The notes: generated by a model from the sequence alone, not told the origin. Counted from the first letter of the stretch, positions 26,923-36,729 are shown. The stretch: DNA of 64,000 nucleotides from an uncultured Clostridia bacterium (GCA_937885695.1 CALABP010000055.1:22316-86315); one strand, 5' to 3'. Numbers and translations: made by a program.

Positions 26923-28629
26923 TTGAAAAAAGTAATATCTGTATTACTCGCACTTTTACTCGTTGCCTCGATGCTTTCGGTTGCAGCTTTTGCCGAAAGC
27001 GGCAGTGACCTTAAAATAGCCGTCGCGTCCGATTTGCATTATTGCAGAACGCCCGAGGCTATTGAGGGCCCTTCGGTCGGCTCCATTGACGACCCGATTT
27101 ATTGGTATGCAAACCGACGCGCCGCAATGGAAACCGAAAGCGGCTTTATAATCGACGAGTTTTTAAAGCAGTGTGCCGACAGCGACTGCGATTATGTTCT
27201 TATTTCGGGTGACCTTGCCGACAGCGGCAGAAGATACCCCGAAGAGCATTATGATGTTGCCGAAAAGCTCAGAAAATTTGAAGCCGAAACAGGTAAAGAC
27301 GTTTTTGTTATAGACGGCAATCACGACCTCGGCGAAGATACTATGACCGACGTTGATGATTTCAAAAAAATTTATGCTGATTTCGGATATGATAAGGCGC
27401 TTGAAACACTTGACGGGACTTGCTCTTACACAGCAAATCTCGGCGAAAAATATCGCCTTATCGCACTTGATTCGTGCGACCCGACAGCTTCGACTGCCGA
27501 CGGAATGAATGCCGAAAGGGTTGACTGGGTAATAACTCAGGCGAAGCTTGCCAAAAATGACGGGCGCTATCCGATACTTATGATGCACCACAATCTTCTT
27601 GACCATATGCCGCTCCAAAGGGTGTTCAGCAAAAACTTTATAGTTAAATTTCATTATTCTACAGCTGAGCTTTTTGCCGACGCGGGGATAAAAATTGTTA
27701 TTTCCGGACACGAGCATTGCAGTGACGCGACATCGTACACAAGCGGACTCGGCAATACGATATATGACTTTGCCACTACTTCACTCACGATGTATCCCAC
27801 AGCGTACAGGGTATTTGAATTTTCGGATTCCGAAATATCGTATACTGCAAAAACAATAGAAAGCATAGATACTGCGGCGCTTACAGGCGCAGTTTCGGGC
27901 TACAGCGACGAGCAGATTGCACTTATGAACGCAGGGCTTAACAGTTATGCCAAAGGCTTTCTTAAAGCGGGCGTTCAGTACCGTCTTGAGCGTTCACTCT
28001 CTATGGAAAAGCTTGGTGTAAGTGAGGACGCGCCTTATTATGAGCTTGTGAAAAATGCCGTTGATACGTTGCTTCTTCTCTTAAACAAGCCTCTTTACGG
28101 CGAGGGAAGCGTAAGTGAAATCGCCTCGGGCTATAACATTGAAATACCGTCGACGCCCTATAAAACGGGGTGGGATCTTGCAACCGACCTTGTGGCGGCG
28201 CACTATGCCGGCGAAGAACCGTTTTCGCCCGACAGACCCGAAGTTACCGCTTTTTTGAGAACAGCGGCGGTTATCCTGCGCGAGCTTATGCCGAAGGTCG
28301 GCGCAGAGGTTTATTATGACGCGGCAAACGCATTGCTTGCCGCCGACGGAACATCGGATTTAAGTTCCGCAATTGTTTCTGATTTTTCGGGAGCAGACGG
28401 AATAACGCCTGCCGAGTATTTTATTTATTCGCTTGCTTCGCCCATTATTTACGGCTTTGCTTATGACGACGACGGTGTTAACGACAATAACGGCGTTCTT
28501 TCGGGGTACGGTGAAAGCGAAAACAATGAGCTTTCAAACGGACTTGACGGCACTTTGGGTGAAATACTCAAAAAGCTTCAGTATATTGTTCATTATCTTT
28601 TAAGAATATTTGATGTGATTTTGAAATAA
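26923..28629 (+). CDS. Secreted calcineurin-like metallophosphoesterase
   Basis: TTG start behind GGGGG. Signal peptide. Motifs GDLADSG, DGNHD, MMHHNL and SGHEHC. Confidence 0.75.
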   Translation: MKKVISVLLALLLVASMLSVAAFAESGSDLKIAVASDLHYCRTPEAIEGPSVGSIDDPIYWYANRRAAMETESGFIIDEFLKQCADSDCDYVLISGDLADSGRRYPEEHYDVAEKLRKFEAETGKDVFVIDGNHDLGEDTMTDVDDFKKIYADFGYDKALETLDGTCSYTANLGEKYRLIALDSCDPTASTADGMNAERVDWVITQAKLAKNDGRYPILMMHHNLLDHMPLQRVFSKNFIVKFHYSTAELFADAGIKIVISGHEHCSDATSYTSGLGNTIYDFATTSLTMYPTAYRVFEFSDSEISYTAKTIESIDTAALTGAVSGYSDEQIALMNAGLNSYAKGFLKAGVQYRLERSLSMEKLGVSEDAPYYELVKNAVDTLLLLLNKPLYGEGSVSEIASGYNIEIPSTPYKTGWDLATDLVAAHYAGEEPFSPDRPEVTAFLRTAAVILRELMPKVGAEVYYDAANALLAADGTSDLSSAIVSDFSGADGITPAEYFIYSLASPIIYGFAYDDDGVNDNNGVLSGYGESENNELSNGLDGTLGEILKKLQYIVHYLLRIFDVILK

Positions 28630-28641
28630 GAGGTGGCGGTT

Positions 28642-29994
28642 TTGAGTTTGAAATTAAAAAAATCAATCTCGGCAATTCTTTGCATATGCCTTCTTTTTTC
28701 GGCGTCGGTTTGTGCGTTTGCCGCGAACAATGTTCCGTCAAGCGACGAATGGCTTGCGCAAAAAGAGGATATTTTTAAGCCCGACGGCAAAATGAGCCTT
28801 ACGCCCGGCGAAAAAGACGGTGACATTAATTTTTCGTGGGTAACTGTCGGCACAAACATAGCTTTTGAGCGCTTTGTTTACGGCGTTGACCCCGAGCTTT
28901 CAGAGCCGCTTGAAGCGGAGGTTACACCGCTTACAACATCTTCGTTTGTTTACACGGCAAACAGGGTTTCTCTTAAAGGTCTTGACAGCGGAACATACTA
29001 TTATAACTACACCTACAAAGGCGAGTGGCAGGGCGTTTCAAGCTTTAGAGTAGCTGATGCAAGTGACGGCTTTTCTGTAATGCTTTGCTCAGACCCGCAG
29101 CTTGGCCGCTCCGGAAGCGACAGCGACGAAGCCGTTCTTGACGACGCCTACGGGTGGGACCGCACCCTTAAAGCCGCAATGAAAAAATGCCCCGATATGA
29201 GCTTTATTCTTTGTGCGGGCGACGAGGTTAATATGGCGCTCAGCAAAAAGCAGTATAACGCGCTTCTTTACCCCGAAGTTTTAAGAAGTATTCCTGTTGC
29301 CGCCGCAGTCGGCAATCACGATTTTTATTCATCGCTTTATGACCTTCATTATAATAACCCCAACAAGAGCGACAAAGACCTTGCTTCACCCGGCGGAAAC
29401 GGCTATTATTTTACATACGGCAACGCATTGTTTATTGTGCTTAACTCAAACAACTATATTGTTGAGGACCAGCGCGCAATAATCAACACCGCTGTCAATT
29501 CTGCGCCGAACGCAAAGTGGCGCGTTGTTATGATGCACGAAAGCCTTTATTTTTCGGGTATGAAAGAAAAACATCAGAACAAGGTTGACTTTTTCACACC
29601 GCTTTTTGATGAATATAACATTGACCTTGTGGTTTCGGGTCACGAGCACGTTTATTCAAGAACAGCCCCGATGACCGCCGACGCACCCGCCGAAAACGGC
29701 GTAACATACCTTGCGGTTTCAACCGCTTCGGGCTGTAACTTTGACAGCTATGACAGATGCGACAGCCGCATTGTTAAGTGCGAAAATTTAAGCGAGCCGT
29801 CATATTCTGTGCTTGATTTCGGCGAGGACGAGATTAAAGTTAAATCTTATTACACCGATAAAGACGAGATTTTTGACGAGTTTACGGTAACAAGGGTAGA
29901 AAAAAGCGATAATACCGAGGATTTTGTTTTTGCCGATTGGTTCGGAAGACTTATAAAAACAATTCTTGAAGCAATTGCGCTTATATTTAAATAA
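28642..29994 (+). CDS. Secreted metallophosphoesterase, purple-acid-phosphatase-like, with an N-terminal beta-sandwich domain
   Basis: TTG at 28642 behind AGAGGTGG. Signal peptide. Motifs AGDEVN, VGNHDF, MMHESLY and SGHEHVY. Confidence 0.75.
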   Translation: MSLKLKKSISAILCICLLFSASVCAFAANNVPSSDEWLAQKEDIFKPDGKMSLTPGEKDGDINFSWVTVGTNIAFERFVYGVDPELSEPLEAEVTPLTTSSFVYTANRVSLKGLDSGTYYYNYTYKGEWQGVSSFRVADASDGFSVMLCSDPQLGRSGSDSDEAVLDDAYGWDRTLKAAMKKCPDMSFILCAGDEVNMALSKKQYNALLYPEVLRSIPVAAAVGNHDFYSSLYDLHYNNPNKSDKDLASPGGNGYYFTYGNALFIVLNSNNYIVEDQRAIINTAVNSAPNAKWRVVMMHESLYFSGMKEKHQNKVDFFTPLFDEYNIDLVVSGHEHVYSRTAPMTADAPAENGVTYLAVSTASGCNFDSYDRCDSRIVKCENLSEPSYSVLDFGEDEIKVKSYYTDKDEIFDEFTVTRVEKSDNTEDFVFADWFGRLIKTILEAIALIFK

Positions 29995-30012
29995 GAATAC
30001 AGATTAACCGCG

Positions 30013-30049
30013 CAGCCGAAGGGTATAAAAGCCTTTCGGCTGTTGTTTT
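30013..30049 (+). terminator. Rho-independent terminator
   Basis: CAGCCGAAGG, loop, CCTTTCGGCTG, then TTGTTTT. Confidence 0.75.
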
Positions 30050-30093
30050 ATGTTTTGACGGTGTAAAAGAATGGGCACAGCAAAAAAAATATC

Positions 30094-30142
30094 TTGACAA
30101 GTAACCGTTCGGTTGCTATAATTTTAGTGACCGAACGGTTAC
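30094..30142 (+). promoter_or_regulatory. Consensus promoter with two palindromic operator copies (probable TetR autoregulation)
   Basis: TTGACA (30094-30099), 17 nt, TATAAT (30117-30122). GTAACCGTTCGGTT (30101-30114) and its mirror ACCGAACGGTTAC (30130-30142) bracket the -10 element. Each copy contains AACCG-NN-CGGTT. Confidence 0.75.
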
Positions 30143-30164
30143 AAAGAAACGGGAAGTGATAATT

Positions 30165-30782
30165 TTGGCAGGAAACACAAAGGAACGCATTTTAGAAACG
30201 GCGCTTGAAATGTTTGCGCAAAGCGGATATTTGGGAACATCTATGAGCGACATTGCAGAAAAGCTCGGAATTACAAAAGGCGCTTTGTACAAGCACTACA
30301 CAAGCAAGCAGGAGATTTTAGACAGCATTGTTGAGCGAATGAGCCGCTCTGACTTTGAGCGCGCCGAAAAATACGAAATGCCCGAAACAGAGCCTGACGG
30401 GCTTTCAAAAGAATATGTTGACGCGCCTATAGAAAACATTCGCGAATACAGCCTTTCGCAGTTTGATTATTGGACGAAAGAGCCGTTTTCGTCGAATTTT
30501 CGCAAAATGCTGACGTTGGAGCAATACCGCGACCCTAAGCTTTCAAAGCTGTATCACGATTATATTGCGACGGGGCCCGCCGAATATATGGCGGCGATTT
30601 TCAGAAAACTGACGGATTCGGACGAAGCGGCAACACAGCTTGCGCTTGAATTTTACGGACCGATGTTTCTTCTTTACAGCGTTTATGACGGAACGAGCGA
30701 TAAAGAAGGCGTCGCGCCGATTTTAGGTGCATATATCGACCGCTTTATATCCGAAAGAAATCTCGGCGGCAAGAAAATTTAA
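30165..30782 (+). CDS. TetR/AcrR-family transcriptional regulator
   Basis: HTH segment TSMSDIAEKLGITKGALYKHYTSKQEIL. TTG 30165 is preferred over GTG 30156, which overlaps the SD. Confidence 0.85.
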   Translation: MAGNTKERILETALEMFAQSGYLGTSMSDIAEKLGITKGALYKHYTSKQEILDSIVERMSRSDFERAEKYEMPETEPDGLSKEYVDAPIENIREYSLSQFDYWTKEPFSSNFRKMLTLEQYRDPKLSKLYHDYIATGPAEYMAAIFRKLTDSDEAATQLALEFYGPMFLLYSVYDGTSDKEGVAPILGAYIDRFISERNLGGKKI

Positions 30783-30820
30783 ACGCCTTTTTCGGCGCGG
30801 TTTAAAAGGATAGACAAACT

Positions 30821-32101
30821 ATGAAAAAAATAAAAAAGCACACGGGGCTTATTGCGGCATTATGCGTTTTTTTGGCGCTGACAATCACTGTTGCCGGCGC
30901 GGCGTGCATTTATTCGCGCTTCGGCGGCTTTGGGACGGGCGAATGCGCAGATACAACGGAGTTTTCAAAATACGCCGTCGATGTTTCAAAAATGTCAATA
31001 CCCGAAGAAACGCAGATATTGGCGCTTGGCGAAGCGACCCACGGAAATAAAGAGTTTCAAAAGCTTAGGCTTGACGTGTTTAAAGTTGCGGTTGAAAAAT
31101 ACGGCGTGAGGGCGTTTGCTTTAGAGGGCGACTTCGGCGGATGCGAAAAAGTTAACCGTTATATAAACGGCGGCGACGGCACGGCGAAAGAAGCGCTTTC
31201 TGCAATCGGTTTTGCTATTTACAGAACGGATGAAATGGAAAGCCTTGTTGAATGGATGCGCGATTACAACAATACCGCAGAAAACGGCGAAAAACTTCGC
31301 TTTTACGGCTTTGATATGGAGCAATATGCGTATAACTATTGCTATTTTCTTGAAGCGTTAAAGAACGAAAACGCAGATGTTTCCGAGCTTGAAAAAATAT
31401 GGGACAGCGAAAAGAATGCTTATAAAGATGCATACACGTCAGAACAGTGCGCCGAGGTCATTGAAGCCGCAAAAAAGCAGCTGTCACCTGAAAATGAAAA
31501 GGGGATTCATTTTGCAGATGTGCTGCTTCAAAATATTGAGCTTGGAAAGCATATGAAAGATGTCGGCGATATGAACGCCGTGCGCGACAGTATTATGGCT
31601 GAAAATGCTCTGTGGATTTTAAAGCAGGAACAGTCCCGCGGCAACAGCCGCATTATGATTTCGGGGCACAACAACCACATTATGAAGTGTGAAAACGGCG
31701 GCACGTCGGTGCTTGGCAGTCTGCTTTTTGAAAAGCTCGGCGGCGGTTATTATGCCGTCGGAACAGATTTTTATAAATCGGTCTGCAACTTGCCGAAAAT
31801 GTATACGGGGAAACGGGTTGTTCACACCTTTTATTCATACGACCCGCTTGCAAAAGCCTCAAAGAAATGCGGTTTTGAAGAAAGCTTTCTTGATTTTTCA
31901 AAAGTCCCCGAAAGCTCTTCGCTTAATAAGTACATAGTAAACAATATTAATATGGGCTCTTTGGGCGAATCTTACAGCATTCTTATGAGCTTTTTGCCGC
32001 GAAGCTATCGCGTTGTACGCATGCCGCAAAAAACATATGACGCTATGATTTTTGTCGGAAATGCCACGCCGATTGAAATTAATAAGCAGTCGGCGCAATG
32101 A
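30821..32101 (+). CDS. Erythromycin-esterase-family (Ere/ChaN-like) protein with an N-terminal membrane anchor or signal
   Basis: LALGEATHGNKEFQKLRLDVFKVAVEKYGVRAFALEGDFG...VNRYINGG is the family's N-terminal signature. Confidence 0.65.
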   Translation: MKKIKKHTGLIAALCVFLALTITVAGAACIYSRFGGFGTGECADTTEFSKYAVDVSKMSIPEETQILALGEATHGNKEFQKLRLDVFKVAVEKYGVRAFALEGDFGGCEKVNRYINGGDGTAKEALSAIGFAIYRTDEMESLVEWMRDYNNTAENGEKLRFYGFDMEQYAYNYCYFLEALKNENADVSELEKIWDSEKNAYKDAYTSEQCAEVIEAAKKQLSPENEKGIHFADVLLQNIELGKHMKDVGDMNAVRDSIMAENALWILKQEQSRGNSRIMISGHNNHIMKCENGGTSVLGSLLFEKLGGGYYAVGTDFYKSVCNLPKMYTGKRVVHTFYSYDPLAKASKKCGFEESFLDFSKVPESSSLNKYIVNNINMGSLGESYSILMSFLPRSYRVVRMPQKTYDAMIFVGNATPIEINKQSAQ

Positions 32102-32112
32102 GGAGAAGAAAA

Positions 32113-33102
32113 ATGGATGAAGTGCGTGCGAGAGTTGTCTCGCAGGAAAAAGGCATTTATAAAATCAGCGACGGAACAAATGAAAAAACGGCGACAGTCT
32201 CGGGCAAATACCGTTATGAAACAATAACGCTTTCAGACTACCCTGCGGTCGGCGATTATGTTGTTGCGCAATGGCCCAAAGACGAAAGCGGCGCGGTGAT
32301 AACAGCGCTGTTCCCGAGAAAAAGCTGTTTTATAAGAAAAGCGGCGGGCAAAGAAAAACGCGAACAGGTTGTTGCCGCAAACATCGACACCGTTTTTATT
32401 TGTATGTCGCTTGACCGTAATTTTAATATCAGACGGTTGGAGCGCTACCTCTCAATTGCATATGAAAGCGGCGCTGAGCCGGTGGTGGTTTTAACAAAAT
32501 CGGCGCTCTGCCCTAATGTCGGTGAAAAAACAGCCGAAGCTAAAAAAGCTGCTCCGAATACAGATGTGCTTGCCGTTTCATCGCTTGAGGGCGACTGTGA
32601 AGCGGTCTTAAAGTATATTGTACCCGGCAAAACAGTGGCTTTTATCGGCTCGTCGGGAGTTGGCAAATCAACCCTTATTAACACGCTTTCGGGCAGCGAC
32701 AGCATTGCCACCGGCGCTTTGGGAAAGAATAGCAAGGGACGGCACACAACAACTCACAGGGAGCTTATTACGCTTTCAAACGGTGCTTTTGTTATCGACA
32801 CACCCGGTATGCGCGAGCTTGGTATGTGGGACAGCGGCGACGGCATTGACAGCGCATTTTCGGATATTGAAAAGCTTTCGCAGATGTGCCGCTATTCAAA
32901 CTGCACCCATAGAAGCGAGCCGGGTTGTGCCGTCAGAAAGGCTTTGGAGGACGGCACTCTTGATATTGCCCGCTTAGACGCCTACCGCAAGCTTATAGCC
33001 GAAAATTCTTATGCCGCCGATAGCAGTAAATATATGGAAGCGAAAAAAGCTAAGTTTAAAGAGATTTCCAAAATCAATAAATCGGCAAGAAAAAACAAAT
33101 AA
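32113..33102 (+). CDS. rsgA: Ribosome small-subunit-dependent GTPase A
   Basis: ATG 32113 behind GAGGAG. Circularly permuted GTPase: ANIDTVFIC, LTKSAL, GSSGVGKSTLIN. Zinc knuckle CRYSNCTHRSEPGCAV. Confidence 0.9.
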   Translation: MDEVRARVVSQEKGIYKISDGTNEKTATVSGKYRYETITLSDYPAVGDYVVAQWPKDESGAVITALFPRKSCFIRKAAGKEKREQVVAANIDTVFICMSLDRNFNIRRLERYLSIAYESGAEPVVVLTKSALCPNVGEKTAEAKKAAPNTDVLAVSSLEGDCEAVLKYIVPGKTVAFIGSSGVGKSTLINTLSGSDSIATGALGKNSKGRHTTTHRELITLSNGAFVIDTPGMRELGMWDSGDGIDSAFSDIEKLSQMCRYSNCTHRSEPGCAVRKALEDGTLDIARLDAYRKLIAENSYAADSSKYMEAKKAKFKEISKINKSARKNK

Positions 33103-33112
33103 TGATGAAAAA

Positions 33113-33155
33113 ACAGACGGCAACGCGTCAAAAACGGTGCCGTCTGTAATTTTTG
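33113..33155. terminator. Bidirectional terminator between convergent rsgA and the oxidoreductase operon
   Basis: ACAGACGGCA (33113-33122) pairs with TGCCGTCTGT (33138-33147), flanked by A/T runs. Confidence 0.75.
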
Positions 33156-33157
33156 TG

Positions 33158-34231
33158 TTATTTAATTGTTACTTCCTTATGCGAAGCGGAGGAGTCGTAT
33201 ATTGCCTGCATAATTTTTGAAGTTTTAATGGCGTGAACAATGTCGTTTCTGTTGCGTTTGCCCTGCCTTACACATTCGGCAAAGTCAAGCACTTCGTCGC
33301 GGTGAATACCGTTGAAGTTAAAGTTGTATTCGGTGCGCGTGAGCATATCTTCTTTTGTCGAATAGAAAACAAAGCCCTCGCCGTATTCAAGCCTTATGCC
33401 GCCTTTTGTGCCCATAAAGTCGATATATGTTTCGTCTTCAAAAATATTCTGCGCCCATGCGCCCGTAAAGCTTAAAACGGCGCCTTCTTTCATTCTTACA
33501 AGACCCGTTACCGAGTCGTCCACGTCATAAACGCCGTTTTCAATGTCGGAGCTGTCTTTTGCCCACATATTTTTGTAAACATAGTTTTTCATATCAACGC
33601 CGAGCTTTGAAAAGGCTTCGCCGCTTGCGGTTGCGGGGGTCGGCTCGTTAAGGCAATACATAATAAGGTCTATGTAATGAACGCCCCAGTCAATAAGCGA
33701 GCCGCCGCCGGATGACGCGAATGTTGTAAAATCGCCGCCGAGACCCGGGATTGAACGGTGCGCACGAAAGCTTGCATAAACGTGATAAACCTCGCCCAAT
33801 TCGCCGTCTGCTATCATCTTTTTAATATGGTTTACCGATTTTGAATAGCGGTTGCACACGCCGATTGAAAGAATGCGTCCTGTGTCATATGACACTTTAA
33901 GCATTTCTTCGGCCTCCGAAAGGATTCTTGCGGCGGGCTTTTCGCAAAGAACGTCTTTGCCGTGCTTCATAAAGTCGATTGAAATTACAGAATGCATATC
34001 GTTGTGCGTGCAAACGGAAACCGCATCAAGCTCGGGGTCGTCAAGAATTTCGTGATAGTCGTAAACCGCCTTGCCGCAGCCGTATTTTTCAACGCATTTG
34101 TCGGCGCGCTCGGGGATAATATCGCAAAAATATTTAATGTTTGCGACGGGGCTTTCAAGATATGCGGGAATGTGCGCCGAGTTTGCAATAGAACCGCAGC
34201 CGATAACAGCTACATTGATTTTTTCTTTCAT
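33158..34231 (-). CDS. Gfo/Idh/MocA-family NAD(P)-dependent oxidoreductase
   Basis: INVAVIGCGSIANSAHIPAY Rossmann N-terminus, EKP motif (VLCEKPAA). Confidence 0.8.
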   Translation of the reverse strand: MKEKINVAVIGCGSIANSAHIPAYLESPVANIKYFCDIIPERADKCVEKYGCGKAVYDYHEILDDPELDAVSVCTHNDMHSVISIDFMKHGKDVLCEKPAARILSEAEEMLKVSYDTGRILSIGVCNRYSKSVNHIKKMIADGELGEVYHVYASFRAHRSIPGLGGDFTTFASSGGGSLIDWGVHYIDLIMYCLNEPTPATASGEAFSKLGVDMKNYVYKNMWAKDSSDIENGVYDVDDSVTGLVRMKEGAVLSFTGAWAQNIFEDETYIDFMGTKGGIRLEYGEGFVFYSTKEDMLTRTEYNFNFNGIHRDEVLDFAECVRQGKRNRNDIVHAIKTSKIMQAIYDSSASHKEVTIK

Positions 34232-34243
34232 AAAAAGCTCTCC

Positions 34244-35140
34244 TTATTTTACGTCGCTGAAAAATTCATTTATATATGCGTCAATGTCCGCTCTCGTGCC
34301 CTTAAAAGGCCCGGGAGTTTCCATTTTTAAAGAAACCGTTGCGGTGGCATAAAGCAGTGCGGTTTTGATGTCGCTTGTCAGTCTTTCGTTGATATATGCC
34401 GCAAAGGTTGTGTCGCCGCGGCCCGTTCTGCCGCTTAAATTGCGCGCTCTTATCGGGCACGAATAAATTTCTTTGCCGTCATAGGCAATAACTTCGGTAT
34501 TGTGAGTTATAAGAACTTCTTTTGCGCCCCACGAATAAAGCAGTTTTGCCGCTTCGCGCCTGTCTTTAAGACCGGTCATTATTTCCGCTTCGGCGGCGTC
34601 TGTTTTAAGGTAGGTGATGTAGGGGAGCATTTCTTTTTTCGTTTTCCAATCTTCAAAGAACATTTCGCCCGTTTCTTTGTCGGCATGGCGCAAAAATCCC
34701 TGAACATCAACGGCGACAGCGCCTTTTTTTGAAAAATGCTTTATCATTTCATCGGGAAAATCGCCGTAAATAAGCCCTGCAAGGTGATATATTTTGCCGC
34801 ACACGTCATCGGGAACATCTTCTGTTTTAAAGCTGTCGCCCAGTGAAAGACAGCGGCATTCGCGGCGTTCTTTGTCGGCGGTGAAATATTTGTTTCTTAT
34901 GGTTGTGGGGGTTTCGCAAAAAATAGGGTAAACGTCCTCGGCGGGAACAGTAAATTGCGAAAGGCGGTTTTCATCTTTTTTTGCAAGGCGTGTTATTGCG
35001 GCAACCTTGTGCCCCAAAGCATGCGCCGAAGCCGATGAAAAAAGCACCGCGCCGCCGCAGATGTGAACCTCGTTGTCAAGATGGTCTATGTTGTGATCCT
35101 CGGTTATGTGGCCGATTATGACCGAATCGTAATTTTTCAT
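34244..35140 (-). CDS. PfkB-family (ribokinase-like) carbohydrate kinase
   Basis: N-terminal GG motif (HICGGAVLFSS). C-terminal GRTGRGDTTFAAYI matches the PfkB anion-hole motif. Confidence 0.7.
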   Translation of the reverse strand: MKNYDSVIIGHITEDHNIDHLDNEVHICGGAVLFSSASAHALGHKVAAITRLAKKDENRLSQFTVPAEDVYPIFCETPTTIRNKYFTADKERRECRCLSLGDSFKTEDVPDDVCGKIYHLAGLIYGDFPDEMIKHFSKKGAVAVDVQGFLRHADKETGEMFFEDWKTKKEMLPYITYLKTDAAEAEIMTGLKDRREAAKLLYSWGAKEVLITHNTEVIAYDGKEIYSCPIRARNLSGRTGRGDTTFAAYINERLTSDIKTALLYATATVSLKMETPGPFKGTRADIDAYINEFFSDVK

Positions 35141-35152
35141 TTTTATTGCACC

Positions 35153-35839
35153 TCAAAGATTGTAGGTTTTAAGCTCTTCGCTGACTTCGATGCCTGTGCC
35201 CTTGAATGCGTCTGTCGGGTCGAAATCGGTTGAAAGGTGAGTTGCTATAATGCGCACGTCTTTGTAGCGCGCTTTAAGCTCTTTTGCGATTTTCACATTC
35301 ATATGCGGGCCTTTAAAGCCCTCGGGCTTTGAAAAATCGCCGAGCACACAATCCGTACCCTCAAAGCACCATGGAATGTTGTCGTTATAAACTGAGTCGC
35401 CCGTGTAGCAAAGAGTTTTGTCGCCGCATATTTTAATTGCAAGGTCGGGGACGGTGTGTTTCATATCTTTAAAAGAAAGCTTCATTGAGCCTAAAGATAC
35501 ATCTGCACCGTCAAAAACGTTTATAACGTTAAAATTCCTGTGCGAAAAAAGTATTTTGTACCATTCGCTTTCTTCAAAAGCCGTGTATATGTTAAGGGTT
35601 GTGTTTGTTTCTTCAAGCGCATATCTCAACGGCAAAAGGTCGCTTGTGTGGTCATAGTGAAGATGCGAAATGAAAATACCGCCGAGATTTTTTAAATCGA
35701 CTAAAGAAAGAAGCCTTGAAAGCGTGCCCGAGCCCATATCGAGCAAAAGCGAATCGCCGCCGTTTTTTACAAGATAGCCGCTTGCGGCGCCGCCCGCTTT
35801 GGGGTAGGGGCCGTATTTTCCGAGAACGGTCAGCTCCAC
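35153..35839 (-). CDS. MBL-fold metallo-hydrolase
   Basis: ISHLHYDHTSDL (HxHxDH motif). Confidence 0.8.
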   Translation of the reverse strand: MELTVLGKYGPYPKAGGAASGYLVKNGGDSLLLDMGSGTLSRLLSLVDLKNLGGIFISHLHYDHTSDLLPLRYALEETNTTLNIYTAFEESEWYKILFSHRNFNVINVFDGADVSLGSMKLSFKDMKHTVPDLAIKICGDKTLCYTGDSVYNDNIPWCFEGTDCVLGDFSKPEGFKGPHMNVKIAKELKARYKDVRIIATHLSTDFDPTDAFKGTGIEVSEELKTYNL

Positions 35840-36729
35840 AAAAGACCCTCCTCAAACTCTTTTTCCTTGCCTTCTTTTACGTTGCCCTTTAAAAGGTTGA
35901 GCTTTAAAATGGCTTCGCATTTCATATAATCTTCGGTCATAAAGTCGCCTGCTATGATGTTTGCACAGCTTAAATAATACCAGTTGTCGGCAATGGCTTT
36001 CATCATATCTTTAAAATAAAGGCGCGTTTCTTTGTCAAGCTTTCTCGGCGTTGTTATGCCGACCTTTGTGCCGAGGTTCGGCGTCAGCTGAGTCTGGAAC
36101 CAGAAAAGACCGTCGGTCGAATTTGACTCAAAAAAGCTTAATGCCGATTTTGCATAGTCCGCGGCATAGCTGCCGTTAAGCTTTTTATCCCACGGCAAAA
36201 TTTGCTCGCAGTTTTTGCTGTAGGCGTATTCTTCGTTGTCGTTTATAAGGATATAGCGCTTTCCCGCTTTTCTTATATCGCCGATTGTTACGTCGTTAAT
36301 GTGCGTAAAGTCGCAAAAAGCGTATTTTTCGGGCTCTATATATTCGCTTAAAAGTGCGTCAACCTTTTCTTTGGGCGCGTTAAAGGTAAGCGTAACGGGA
36401 CCGAATTTTTGCGGATAATATTCGCGTATATCCAAAAGGAAAATTTCCGTCGGAAAGCTGTCCATTGCTTTTCTTATATCGCTTAAAGCGTTTTCAAGCC
36501 TGTCGCCGTTTGTAACGCCGTGGGCTATGACTATGTTGCCGTTTTTGTCGGTGTTAAGTCTTAAACAAAACTGCCTTATGCCGTAAATAATCTGTGTAAG
36601 CAAGGTGTCGTCCTGGCAACAGGCGAGCGGCGGCATTTTATAGCTGCCCGCATTGTGAGAGCCGGGAATTACAAGCTGTGTAAGCTTTACATCGTCTTTA
36701 ATATAAGACATCCAATCGGTGTATATCAT
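35830..36729 (-). CDS. Cytoplasmic PI-PLC X-domain-like phosphodiesterase
   Basis: ATG 36729 behind GAAGGAG. LVIPGSHNAGSY and IVIAHGV catalytic-His contexts. No signal peptide. Confidence 0.6.
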   Translation of the reverse strand: MIYTDWMSYIKDDVKLTQLVIPGSHNAGSYKMPPLACCQDDTLLTQIIYGIRQFCLRLNTDKNGNIVIAHGVTNGDRLENALSDIRKAMDSFPTEIFLLDIREYYPQKFGPVTLTFNAPKEKVDALLSEYIEPEKYAFCDFTHINDVTIGDIRKAGKRYILINDNEEYAYSKNCEQILPWDKKLNGSYAADYAKSALSFFESNSTDGLFWFQTQLTPNLGTKVGITTPRKLDKETRLYFKDMMKAIADNWYYLSCANIIAGDFMTEDYMKCEAILKLNLLKGNVKEGKEKEFEEGLLWS

